Shown: piece by piece, positions 37,549-46,149 of the stretch | How positions within the stretch are numbered: the stretch's first letter is position 1 | Layout: each line of letters opens with the position of its first letter | Assembly: GCA_018653365.1 (NCBI GenBank) | Contig: JABIAG010000003.1 | Span: 32,001-96,000, forward strand | Direction of reading: 5' to 3' | From: Candidatus Woesearchaeota archaeon | GTDB lineage: Archaea > Nanobdellota > Nanobdellia > Woesearchaeales > JABIAG01 | Length of the DNA stretch: 64,000 nucleotides | Translations under genes and position numbers: made by a program | The notes under the pieces: generated by a model | The model's database searches: none | What the model was told of the DNA's origin: nothing | What the model saw: only the letters and a program-made list of their open reading frames with translations

Positions 37549-39050
37549 AACCAGTTGTATTAGTAATACTTGATGGATGGGGAATAAGTAAATACAAGAA
37601 GGGTAATGCTCTAAAAGCGGGTAAGACTCCATTCATTACTAAGTTAAGAAAAACAGATCCCACAAGTAAGCTGAAGTGTTTTGGTCAGTATGTTGGTCTT
37701 CCTAAAGGATTTCAGGGTAATTCAGAAGTGGGCCATATTAATATCGGAGCAGGAAGGATTGTTTCGCAAATGCTTGAAATCATAAACAAGAAAATAAAGG
37801 ACAAATCTTTTTTTCATGATAAACAAATCTTGCAAGCAATTAAGAATTGTAAAAAGTATAACTCAACCCTTCATTTGATGGGGATGCTTTCTGATAAAGG
37901 AGTCCATTCCCATCAAGCTCATTTATTTGCGTTATTAAAACTTGCTAAACAGCATAATTTAACTGATGTGAAGATTCATGTTTTTACAGATGGTAGAGAT
38001 TGTCTTCCCAAATCTGCACTAACTTATATTTCTCAACTAAACAACCAACTAAAATCCTTTCCAGGAGAGATCGCCACTATTTCTGGCAGATATTATGCAA
38101 TGGATCGAGATAAACGATGGAATAGAACTGAAAAAGCTTACAACGCAATCATTAATGCTCGGGGAAAACATGATTCAACTCCTAAAAAGGCAGTGCAGTC
38201 ATCTTACAAGAAAGGGATTACTGATGAATTTATCTTACCAACGGTTCTGAATGGTTATAATGGAGTCAATAAGAAAGATTCGCTAATCTTTTTCAACTAT
38301 CGTTTAGATCGTGCTAGACAATTAACTCATGCGATTACTGATACTTTTTTCAAACACTTCAAAAGAAGAAAAGTTAAATTATTTTTCACTGCGTTCACAC
38401 CTTATTATAAAGGAATTTTGGGAAAGATTGCTTTTCGTGAACCTAAGATTCCAAATAATCTTGGGGCAGTTCTTGCTAAACATAGATTAAAGCAGTTTCG
38501 TATTGCAGAAACTGAAAAATATGCTCACGTAACGTTTTTCTTTAACAGCGAGAAAGAAAAACCTTTCAAACGTGAAACAAGATATATCATTCCTTCTCCC
38601 AAAGTTGCAACATATGATCTTAAACCTGAAATGTCTGCAAATAAAATAACAAAAAAGCTTGTTAGCGTGATCAACAACGATTTTTATGATGTAATAATTG
38701 TGAATTATGCTAATGCTGATATGGTTGGACACACGGGTAAGCTCAACGCAGCTCTAAAAGCAGTAAATACTGTCGATTCTTGTGTTAAGCAGGTTGTTGA
38801 GGCAGTAAAAAAACAAAATGGTACCACAATAATTGCTGCAGATCATGGGAATTGTGAAGAAATGATTGAACCTAAGACAAATAAAGTTTGTACATCACAT
38901 TCTTTGAATCCGGTTTATTGTACGATTGTTTCTCAAAATGTTAAGCGTTTACGTGATGGTGTTTTGGCAGATATTGCCCCCACTCTGTTAGAAATTCTTA
39001 AGATTAAAAAACCTAAACAAATGACTGGAAAATCACTAATTATGGGATGA
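37545..39050 (+). CDS. gpmI: 2,3-BPG-independent phosphoglycerate mutase, bacterial type
   Basis: ILDGWG, GNSEVGH, GRYYAMDRD, AETEKYAHVTFF, DMVGHTG, ADHGN. Confidence 0.96.
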   Translation: MKPVVLVILDGWGISKYKKGNALKAGKTPFITKLRKTDPTSKLKCFGQYVGLPKGFQGNSEVGHINIGAGRIVSQMLEIINKKIKDKSFFHDKQILQAIKNCKKYNSTLHLMGMLSDKGVHSHQAHLFALLKLAKQHNLTDVKIHVFTDGRDCLPKSALTYISQLNNQLKSFPGEIATISGRYYAMDRDKRWNRTEKAYNAIINARGKHDSTPKKAVQSSYKKGITDEFILPTVLNGYNGVNKKDSLIFFNYRLDRARQLTHAITDTFFKHFKRRKVKLFFTAFTPYYKGILGKIAFREPKIPNNLGAVLAKHRLKQFRIAETEKYAHVTFFFNSEKEKPFKRETRYIIPSPKVATYDLKPEMSANKITKKLVSVINNDFYDVIIVNYANADMVGHTGKLNAALKAVNTVDSCVKQVVEAVKKQNGTTIIAADHGNCEEMIEPKTNKVCTSHSLNPVYCTIVSQNVKRLRDGVLADIAPTLLEILKIKKPKQMTGKSLIMG

Positions 39051-40647
39051 ATTGATTTAGTTCAATTTCAGGATCTGTTTTAATTGCGAGTAAAATTTCA
39101 TAGAATGGGATCTCTTCTTTAAAGTCAAGTTTTTTGCAGGCTTTGGCATACAGTTTAAAATAAGTCAACAATGTGTGATGCTTTAAGTGTTTAATTAACC
39201 TTTTTAGATCTTGCACTTCAAAAAAAACATGGGTATTCGGATCAAAAAGGTTTTTTACCGCTTCTTTTTCAGTGATTAATGAATAATCCTCGGTTGCATC
39301 GTCTAATTCTTCAATAAGACTTAAATCTCCATTAAAGCAGGTGGCTTTTTCTTCAAGTTCATGTAATAATATCAAGAACATTATTTTATATCCTGCATAA
39401 TGTAATTGTCCTCTTTGATTATAGGCTTCATCAACAGATTTTTTCCCACTCTGTACTTGTTGTAAGATTCTTTTTAAGTTGACTTTTTTAAGATGGTTTG
39501 AAGGTGTTATCAGTCTTGAATTGCTGTTTATCACAATGTTTCTTCCTTCAATTGTTAAGGGATGGGATTCATATGTGTCTACGGTTATGGTTTTAATTAA
39601 GGACAGGGCTTCAGCTATTCCTTCCGATTTTAGATGTGAAAACAGTCTTTGTATTTTTTTTGTTTTTTGTTTTTTTAATGAAGTGTCGTATAAATGTCCT
39701 AATTCATGAAATGCAGTTGCTTCAAAATCTGTTGGGGGAATTCCGGTTCCTACAATTTTATTTGCAACTAGTTGTAAAGCACTAAAATCTAGTTTGATGA
39801 AAATTTCTATTAAGTCTTGATCAATTTTGTAATAATAACCTGCTCTTTTTGCTAAGTTTCCTATGTATAAATTTATTTTTAGGTCTTGAATTATAAGTTC
39901 GGGATTTTTTTCTATTAATGTGATAAAATGATCAGTTAAAGTTTTTAGTATTGTATGGTCTAAATCATCTTCTGGCTTATCATAAACTAATAATCTCGAA
40001 AATAAGTATGCTGGCTCTACATAATCTCTCTCAGATTCGATTAGATCTTCGTCTGAAGGATCAAGGTTTGCGTCTTCTTTGTCTAATTCGTCTTCTGCAA
40101 TATATTCTTTTTCTCTATCAATAAACTCTTTTCTTAGTTTTTTTGTGTATATGTCACGTTCATGTAAGTAATCTACATCTAAGTCTTCTCGTTCAATTAG
40201 CTTAGATATTTGGTCGCCTAATATTGAGGTCAAAATTTGACCATTTACTTTGTTTCTTTTTGAGTGAAAGAGTCCAGTGGCGTTTAAAATAATGTGATTT
40301 CCATTAATTTTTTTTACCACTTTGTATTTTTTATGGGATTGTAATAGAAAACCAATTTTTTTGTGGGGGTGGTTTATGATGGTATCTTTTATGTTTTGGC
40401 TTCTTAAGTAATGGTTAATTTTTAAAAAACAATATTGGAGTCGAGTTTGTTCTTTTTCAGTAAGTGTTGAGTGTGTTTCTCTTATTATGCTTGATGTTAT
40501 TTTGTTAAGCTGTTTGTATGCTTTTGTCTCTTTTTTGTATCTTTCTAGGTGAGACAAATATTTTTTGAGTTCTTTTATGTGTGGTACGTTTTTTTCTCTT
40601 AAGATTTGTGTGGCTTCTCGGATTATGGTACGTATTTTGTTTTGCAT
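39040..40647 (-). CDS. Hypothetical protein with a zincin-like motif
   Basis: FHELGH followed by EGIAE and HYAGY. Confidence 0.6.
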   Translation of the reverse strand: MQNKIRTIIREATQILREKNVPHIKELKKYLSHLERYKKETKAYKQLNKITSSIIRETHSTLTEKEQTRLQYCFLKINHYLRSQNIKDTIINHPHKKIGFLLQSHKKYKVVKKINGNHIILNATGLFHSKRNKVNGQILTSILGDQISKLIEREDLDVDYLHERDIYTKKLRKEFIDREKEYIAEDELDKEDANLDPSDEDLIESERDYVEPAYLFSRLLVYDKPEDDLDHTILKTLTDHFITLIEKNPELIIQDLKINLYIGNLAKRAGYYYKIDQDLIEIFIKLDFSALQLVANKIVGTGIPPTDFEATAFHELGHLYDTSLKKQKTKKIQRLFSHLKSEGIAEALSLIKTITVDTYESHPLTIEGRNIVINSNSRLITPSNHLKKVNLKRILQQVQSGKKSVDEAYNQRGQLHYAGYKIMFLILLHELEEKATCFNGDLSLIEELDDATEDYSLITEKEAVKNLFDPNTHVFFEVQDLKRLIKHLKHHTLLTYFKLYAKACKKLDFKEEIPFYEILLAIKTDPEIELNQFIP

Positions 40648-40691
40648 ACGTTTTTTTGGGGGTTGTGTCTATTTATATTTTTTGTATTTGG

Positions 40692-40834
40692 TTCTGTCGT
40701 CGTAAGATTTATTCTTTACGACGTATAACTCGTCATATTCCTGTTTCTGTCGTCGTATGGACTTTTCTTTACGACGTATAAATCAATTTTATGTTTTTCT
40801 ATCCGTCGATAAATCTTTTCTTTACGACGTATAA
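40692..40834. repeat. Three 37-bp palindromic direct repeats at an exact 53-bp period
   Basis: 40692-40728, 40745-40781, 40798-40834; all end TTCTTTACGACGTATAA; internal inverted repeat CGTCG(TAA)...TTACGACG. Confidence 0.92.
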
Positions 40835-40926
40835 CCTCTTGATTGCGTTCTAAACGCCTTTTTCTCAGATTTTCCGAATTTTTGATTGTAATTAAGAATA
40901 ATTAAATTTATAAACCATCCCAAGAA

Positions 40927-41490
40927 ATGCAAATTATGGATAAGCATTACACAGTATTACCAAAGCGAGAAAAGTGTTTGAGTTTACTTGAACAACATGG
41001 AATTACTGGGCAAGTTCTTGAGCACTCAAAATTAGTTAATAAAATCGCAGTGTTTCTTGCTAACTCTTTAATTGCAAAAACAGAATTAATAGATCTTCAG
41101 CTAACAGATCGAGCAAGCTTACTTCATGATATTGGAAAAAATGAGGCTGTACAACAGCATCATTCTCTTGTTGGAGCTAAAATTCTTGAGGAGTTAGGTT
41201 TTCCCAAGCTTGCTGCTGCAGTTAAACATCACAAGGGAGATTTCATTTTAGAAAGCAAATTTAATGGTTGGGAAGAATTGTTAGTTTATTATGCTGATGT
41301 ACGAGTTCTAGAAACTGATATCTTGTCTCTTGATGAGCGTATTAGTCGTTTAAAACAAATGAAACCAGAAAATATTGCTGTATTAGATAAAATTCTTGCT
41401 AAACAGAAAGCATTAGAATCTCAAATATTCCAGCATCTAGAATTCTCACCATCTGATCTTAAGGAAAAGATAACTAATTTAAGTGATTAA
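40927..41490 (+). CDS. HD-domain (HDIG) phosphohydrolase
   Basis: EHS..V, LLHDIGK, H..VGAKIL, VYYAD. Confidence 0.88.
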   Translation: MQIMDKHYTVLPKREKCLSLLEQHGITGQVLEHSKLVNKIAVFLANSLIAKTELIDLQLTDRASLLHDIGKNEAVQQHHSLVGAKILEELGFPKLAAAVKHHKGDFILESKFNGWEELLVYYADVRVLETDILSLDERISRLKQMKPENIAVLDKILAKQKALESQIFQHLEFSPSDLKEKITNLSD

Positions 41491-41505
41491 GCATTCTTCC
41501 TCTAA

Positions 41506-42171
41506 ATGGACTTAATAGAAATCAAATCTCAATTACCTGAAGATCTTTTTAATGTATTAAATCCGGATATAACTGAATTAAGGCCTTCTCAAGAAAAAGC
41601 AATAGGTGCAGGTTTGTTAGAAGGCAGTAACTTATTGGTTTGTACTCCTACTGCTTCTGGTAAAACTCTTATTGCAGAAATTGCTTTGATCAAATCTATA
41701 ATGGAAAATAAGGGCAAGGGTATTTACATTGTTCCGTTGAGAGCACTAGCTACTGAAAAGTTTAAGGAGTTCAAAAAGAAATATGAAAAATTAATCAGAA
41801 TAGCTGTTTCAATTGGTAATATGGATTCTACGGATTCTTATCTTGCAGACTATGATCTGATCTTTTGTACTTCAGAGAAGCTAGATTCATTAATTAGACA
41901 CAATTCTCCTTGGCTTAAATACATCAAAACTGTTGTTGTTGACGAAATACATTTGCTAAATGATTTAAGTCGTGGTCCTACTTTGGAAGTAACCTTAACC
42001 ATTCTTAAAACATTATTAACCAACCCTCAAATTATTGGCCTCTCGGCTACAATAGGCAATCCTAAAGAACTTGCTGACTGGTTAGAAGCAAAACTAGTAC
42101 AAGATTCTTGGCGTCCCGTGGAGCTTAAGAAAGGAGTCTATCTTAAAGGAAACTTAGAATTCTTAGATTAG
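41506..42171 (+). CDS. Hel308/Ski2-like helicase, first RecA domain only
   Basis: LRPSQ, PTASGKT, PLRALA, DEIH, RGPTLE, GLSATIGN, WRPV; stops at 221 aa. Confidence 0.85.
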   Translation: MDLIEIKSQLPEDLFNVLNPDITELRPSQEKAIGAGLLEGSNLLVCTPTASGKTLIAEIALIKSIMENKGKGIYIVPLRALATEKFKEFKKKYEKLIRIAVSIGNMDSTDSYLADYDLIFCTSEKLDSLIRHNSPWLKYIKTVVVDEIHLLNDLSRGPTLEVTLTILKTLLTNPQIIGLSATIGNPKELADWLEAKLVQDSWRPVELKKGVYLKGNLEFLD

Positions 42172-42510
42172 TGTTGGAATTGGTTGTGCAATCCATACTA
42201 TTGTTGTTATAAATAATATTAATACTACCCAGAGTCCTATCCACACTCCCCAAATGTTGAATGTTTCTTTCCATGTTTTTACATAAATATATTTTACCAC
42301 CATTAAGGTTACTAATAGTATGATCGTTGTTAGTATTATGTTTGAGAAGAAAGAAAACACAAACAGTAATGCTGCGAATATTCCTGCTATAATCATATTA
42401 TTTTTTAAATAACCTTTTTCATGTAAAAAGAAAAAACTCATTGATAAAAATAATGTTGCAACTAATGCAAACGCAAAGGAAACTCCTAATCTTAATAATA
42501 TATCATTCAT
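42163..42510 (-). CDS. Small multi-TM membrane protein
   Basis: Hydrophobic ORF from ATG 42510 overlapping the upstream stop. Confidence 0.7.
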   Translation of the reverse strand: MNDILLRLGVSFAFALVATLFLSMSFFFLHEKGYLKNNMIIAGIFAALLFVFSFFSNIILTTIILLVTLMVVKYIYVKTWKETFNIWGVWIGLWVVLILFITTIVWIAQPIPTLI

Positions 42511-43139
42511 TTGTAATCTTCTCCAATTACAGTGTAAAAGATTGTTCCGCCAACAAAACTTATTATTGCATTGCCAACTTGTTGTATTGCAAATGCAGGG
42601 CTTAATCCTTTTATTCCTCCTAATGCTAGTGCGATAACAAGATAAGTTAGTGCTCCAACAATCCATGCTTTGAAATATCTTGCTGTAAACGCTCTTTTGA
42701 ATACTAAATTTATATTGAAGGCTTTTCCTAATTTCTTGCTAAACCCAAATGAAAGTATTGCTGATGGAAATACATATGCAGTTATCAATAGTATGATTAC
42801 TCCAATGATTACTAATCCTGCTGAGCTTGCGATTAGTTGTTCTATGCCTTTTCCTTCTAACACATTAATAATAACTGTTCCAAAGGCAAGTACTGCATAT
42901 ACTGCTGCGGGTATGAAATAAACAAACCCTATAACTACCATAAAAAATCCGTTTACAAACTTTTCTCCCCATTGGTCCCACTCGGGAAGTTTAAATCTTT
43001 GTCTGTTTGCGGTTCTTGCACACTCTAATACATAACCTAATGCAAAGAAATTCACTATTGGAACTATTGTAAGAAGTATTCCTAAGATTAATTTTCTAAA
43101 ATCTGTGAATGGTCTTTTTAGCGCTTCTGAGTAATGCAT
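42507..43139 (-). CDS. DUF4013 family membrane protein
   Basis: ALKRPF, PIVNFFALGY, LPEWDQWG..F..GF. Confidence 0.85.
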   Translation of the reverse strand: MHYSEALKRPFTDFRKLILGILLTIVPIVNFFALGYVLECARTANRQRFKLPEWDQWGEKFVNGFFMVVIGFVYFIPAAVYAVLAFGTVIINVLEGKGIEQLIASSAGLVIIGVIILLITAYVFPSAILSFGFSKKLGKAFNINLVFKRAFTARYFKAWIVGALTYLVIALALGGIKGLSPAFAIQQVGNAIISFVGGTIFYTVIGEDYK

Positions 43140-43184
43140 TTATTCCCCCTATTTAGAAATTAGGTTTTGAGTTTATATATTTTT

Positions 43185-44303
43185 CTACAATCCTAATGTT
43201 TTAAGCACTTTCTCAGAATTAAATTCTTCAATGTCTTTATACTCCTGACCCATCCCAAGATACATTATTGGTTTTCCAGTTACATAACTAACAGATATTG
43301 CCGCTCCGCCTTTTTCATCTATGTCCGCTTTAGATAATATGATCCCGTCAATTTCTACTGCTTCATTAAATTTGGTTGCTTGTTCTACACAATCATTTCC
43401 CGTAATGCTCTCTCCAACAAAGATTTTCAAATCAGGATTTGCAACACGAATTATTTTTTTCATTTCATCTACAAGATTAGCATTGCTATGTAGCCTTCCC
43501 GCAGTATCTATTAATACAACATCTATGCCTTTTGCTTCTGCATGTTTGATTGCATCAAATGCTACTGCTGCAGGATCTGATCCATAATCATGTTTGATCA
43601 TCTTAACTCCTAGTTTGTCTGCGTGTTCTTGTAGTTGGTCTATTGCTGCTGCTCTGAATGTGTCTGCTGCTGCCAGTACTACTGTTTTTTTCTTATCGAG
43701 CATCATTTTTGCAAATTTTGCAATGGTTGTTGTCTTTCCACTTCCATTTATTCCTAAGAAACAAATTACTAAGGGCGTTTTTTCTAATTTTTTTTCTAAA
43801 TCTATGTTTTCAACATTCAAAACTTCTTTTATGCTTTCTCTTAAACTGGTTTGTATTGTTTCACTTACTTTTTTTATTGGTTTGTCAACAATATTTTCTT
43901 TTAGATCTTCTTTGATTTTTTCTATTACTTCTGTTGCAACATTATTTTCGAGTAGCATTACTTCCAGGTCCCAAAATAAGTCTTCAAACTTTTTTTCGCT
44001 TATCTTTTTTGATGTTATTTTGTGAAAGAATCCTTTTTTCTTAGGCTTGTCTCGAGGCTCAGAATCCTTTTTTTCTTCTTCAACAGCGGGTTCTATTTCT
44101 TCTTTTTTTGTTTCTTTTTCAACAACAGTTTCTTGTTTTTTTTCAACTTTTTTTTCTTTTTCTTTGATCTTTTTTTGTTTTTTTTCTACAACTTTTTCTT
44201 CTTTAGGAGTTTCAATCTCTTCTACATCTTCAGCTTCTTCTTCTACCTTTTTTGAGAACTTATCTACTGCATTCTTTAATTTATTTTTAAGAAATTTAAA
44301 CAT
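43185..44303 (-). CDS. ftsY: SRP receptor FtsY
   Basis: GINGSGKTTT, DTFRAAA, DTAGR, SKAD, GMGQ; charged N-terminal region. Confidence 0.97.
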   Translation of the reverse strand: MFKFLKNKLKNAVDKFSKKVEEEAEDVEEIETPKEEKVVEKKQKKIKEKEKKVEKKQETVVEKETKKEEIEPAVEEEKKDSEPRDKPKKKGFFHKITSKKISEKKFEDLFWDLEVMLLENNVATEVIEKIKEDLKENIVDKPIKKVSETIQTSLRESIKEVLNVENIDLEKKLEKTPLVICFLGINGSGKTTTIAKFAKMMLDKKKTVVLAAADTFRAAAIDQLQEHADKLGVKMIKHDYGSDPAAVAFDAIKHAEAKGIDVVLIDTAGRLHSNANLVDEMKKIIRVANPDLKIFVGESITGNDCVEQATKFNEAVEIDGIILSKADIDEKGGAAISVSYVTGKPIMYLGMGQEYKDIEEFNSEKVLKTLGL

Positions 44304-44706
44304 TTTTTTCCATTACTTTTTGTACGTCAGCTTCTAGTGTTGATGCTTTTCTTAAACTAGCGTTGATTCTCTCAATAAATTCTTCACTGAGTGTATCTAT
44401 TTCATGGATTTGTTGCTCTACTAATGCTTTAGCACCATTTACATCTTTTTTTACTACAACTCCACTTCCAACATTTACAAGTAATTCTTTCACTCCTTTT
44501 ATTTTTGATTTTATGAATATTCCTTGGGATACGGGAGTTAGTAATTCTTTTTCTTCTTTTGTATTGCTCAATTCATCTATTGAGCTTATTGTACTAACTA
44601 ATTCTGCTTTTTGTTGTTGTAGTGTTTCTACTTGTTTGTGTAGTTGCATTACTTCTTGTTGAATTGTTTGCATTTCCATGTATTTTTTTTGGGTTTCTTC
44701 ATTCAT
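44296..44706 (-). CDS. pfdA: Prefoldin alpha subunit
   Basis: Coiled coils flanking LLTPVSQGIFI..LLVNVGSGVVV; upstream of ftsY. Confidence 0.92.
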   Translation of the reverse strand: MNEETQKKYMEMQTIQQEVMQLHKQVETLQQQKAELVSTISSIDELSNTKEEKELLTPVSQGIFIKSKIKGVKELLVNVGSGVVVKKDVNGAKALVEQQIHEIDTLSEEFIERINASLRKASTLEADVQKVMEKNV

Positions 44707-44737
44707 GTTATTTTAGAATTAATTCGCGTTTAAAAAA

Positions 44738-45484
44738 CTACTGTTTTTTGTTTAACATTTTGATGAATATTGGGGAGAAGTGTTGGTGTTGTACTAGGTT
44801 GACATGTCTTTGGTTTTCTAAATGTAATAAGGGTATGAAAGTCATTATTTTGTCTTCTTTGCTATTGGATGGGATTAGTTCGTTAAATCCCAAGATCTTT
44901 TTTTCTGTAGTGCTAAAATGTGTTTTTATTTTTCCATACACTTCTCTTATTACTTCGGTTATGTCTCTTGTCTTTTCGGGTATTTTTATTTCTACATCAG
45001 GTAAATCTTTTAACACTCTTCTCTTTTTTACTTCTAAAGCTTGTTGGAGTGCATCTACAAGGTCAAATATGCTCACCTTTCTTTCTCTTGGTTGGGGTGT
45101 TCTTGGGATTAAGAGTGGTTTTTCTTCACCATTTTCGAGGTTTCTTAGCTGGTCATCTAGTAATCCTTCTTCCATATATTCTGATAAGTTCTCTTCTGGT
45201 TGGTTGAACAGGTTGTCAAAGTTGCTCATATCACTTCCTAAAAACCTGTTGGATTTGATTTTTAATAATACTGTTGCTGCTAGTAAAACTTTGCCTGAAA
45301 CCATGAAGTCCATTTCTTTTAATTTCTTTAACATTTGTAGATATTCTGCAGTTAGTTGTGAGACGTCAACATCCCAGGGGTCAATATCTCCGACTTTTAC
45401 TAGGTCATAAATAATAGACTGCCAAGTAACTTCATCTTCATTTAGAAGTAAATTAAATATTTTATCACTGCTCTGTTTACTCAT
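44738..45484 (-). CDS. scpA: SMC kleisin ScpA
   Basis: IDPWDVDV, SGKVLLAA.VLLKIKS, R.VS..DLV.AL, FIPLLHL. Confidence 0.92.
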   Translation of the reverse strand: MSKQSSDKIFNLLLNEDEVTWQSIIYDLVKVGDIDPWDVDVSQLTAEYLQMLKKLKEMDFMVSGKVLLAATVLLKIKSNRFLGSDMSNFDNLFNQPEENLSEYMEEGLLDDQLRNLENGEEKPLLIPRTPQPRERKVSIFDLVDALQQALEVKKRRVLKDLPDVEIKIPEKTRDITEVIREVYGKIKTHFSTTEKKILGFNELIPSNSKEDKIMTFIPLLHLENQRHVNLVQHQHFSPIFIKMLNKKQ

Positions 45485-45524
45485 GAAAAAAGAATTGCTC
45501 TGTCGGTATTTAAATTTATCGCAA

Positions 45525-45656
45525 TTATAAATCCATGGCCTTACCTAATTCTAACTCCATTTTTCTGAAATACTCTTCGGATGCATTACATGATGCAAAC
45601 TTTCCATGTTTGTCTCTGCATCTGAATACTCTAAAGTCTAAATAGTTTCTTTTCAT
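45525..45656 (-). CDS. Small hypothetical protein (43 aa, not in the ORF track)
   Basis: MKRNYLDFRVFRCRDKHGKFASCNASEEYFRKMELELGKAMDL, preceded by SD GAGGTGA. Confidence 0.6.
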   Translation of the reverse strand: MKRNYLDFRVFRCRDKHGKFASCNASEEYFRKMELELGKAMDL

Positions 45657-45775
45657 TTTTATTCACCTCAGTACTGTTAGAGTGTTGAACTATATCTATT
45701 CTGTCTTTAATGGTTAAAGAATGTTTTAAAATGAGAATCTTTAAATAAAAACATTAGCTTTCATTGATTTATATA

Positions 45776-45925
45776 GGGCCCATAGCTCAGTCTGGTTAGA
45801 GCGCTGAGTTTAAGAGGCAACTCTTATTCGCGCAAGTCTTATATGATGTTTTTGGTTGCAATGAAAAAATGCCAAGAATACTCTAAGCCAGCCAGAGGTC
45901 CGGAGTTCAAATCTCCGTGGGCCCA
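45776..45925 (+). tRNA. tRNA-Ile(UAU) with two introns (29/30: 45807-45835; 37/38: 45844-45889)
   Basis: Acceptor GGGCCCA/TGGGCCC; T arm CGGAG-TTCAAAT-CTCCG; both introns form BHB motifs; spliced anticodon arm CTGGT-CTTATAA-GCCAG. Confidence 0.85.
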
Positions 45926-45930
45926 TACAT

Positions 45931-46019
45931 GCGGTAGTAGTGTAGTGGTTTAGCATCGGTCGTTGCCAATTAAAAGCAAAAACGATTGGACCCGAGTTCA
46001 AATCTCGGCTACCGCACCA
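45931..46019 (+). tRNA. tRNA-Gly(GCC) with a 13-nt canonical intron (45969-45981) and encoded CCA
   Basis: GCGGTAG/CTACCGC acceptor; GGTCG-TTGCCA|A-CGATT; BHB helix TTGC/GCAA. Confidence 0.92.
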
Positions 46020-46050
46020 TTTTTTTAAAATAATTCTGTATTTTTAGTTT

Positions 46051-46149
46051 CCATTGGACACGCGTTGTCCAGTGGGCAGAGAAGGACTGTACCCTTTGAA
46101 TCCGGGCGTTTCAGATGTTTAATTTTCAAGTTTTCCACTGGACAAGTCC
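46051..46149. repeat. Three CCA(C/T)TGGACA boxes (middle one inverted) upstream of LAGLIDADG gene 1
   Basis: CCATTGGACA 46051-46060; TTGTCCAGTGG 46065-46075; CCACTGGACAAGTCC 46135-46149. Confidence 0.85.

Noticed and set aside
40581-40781. 66-aa plus-strand ORF
   Set aside because: Runs antisense to a gene start and through the repeat array; no coding signal
40692-40834. CRISPR array
   Set aside because: Spacers are only 16 nt, the repeats vary in their 5' and middle parts, and no cas genes are in the window
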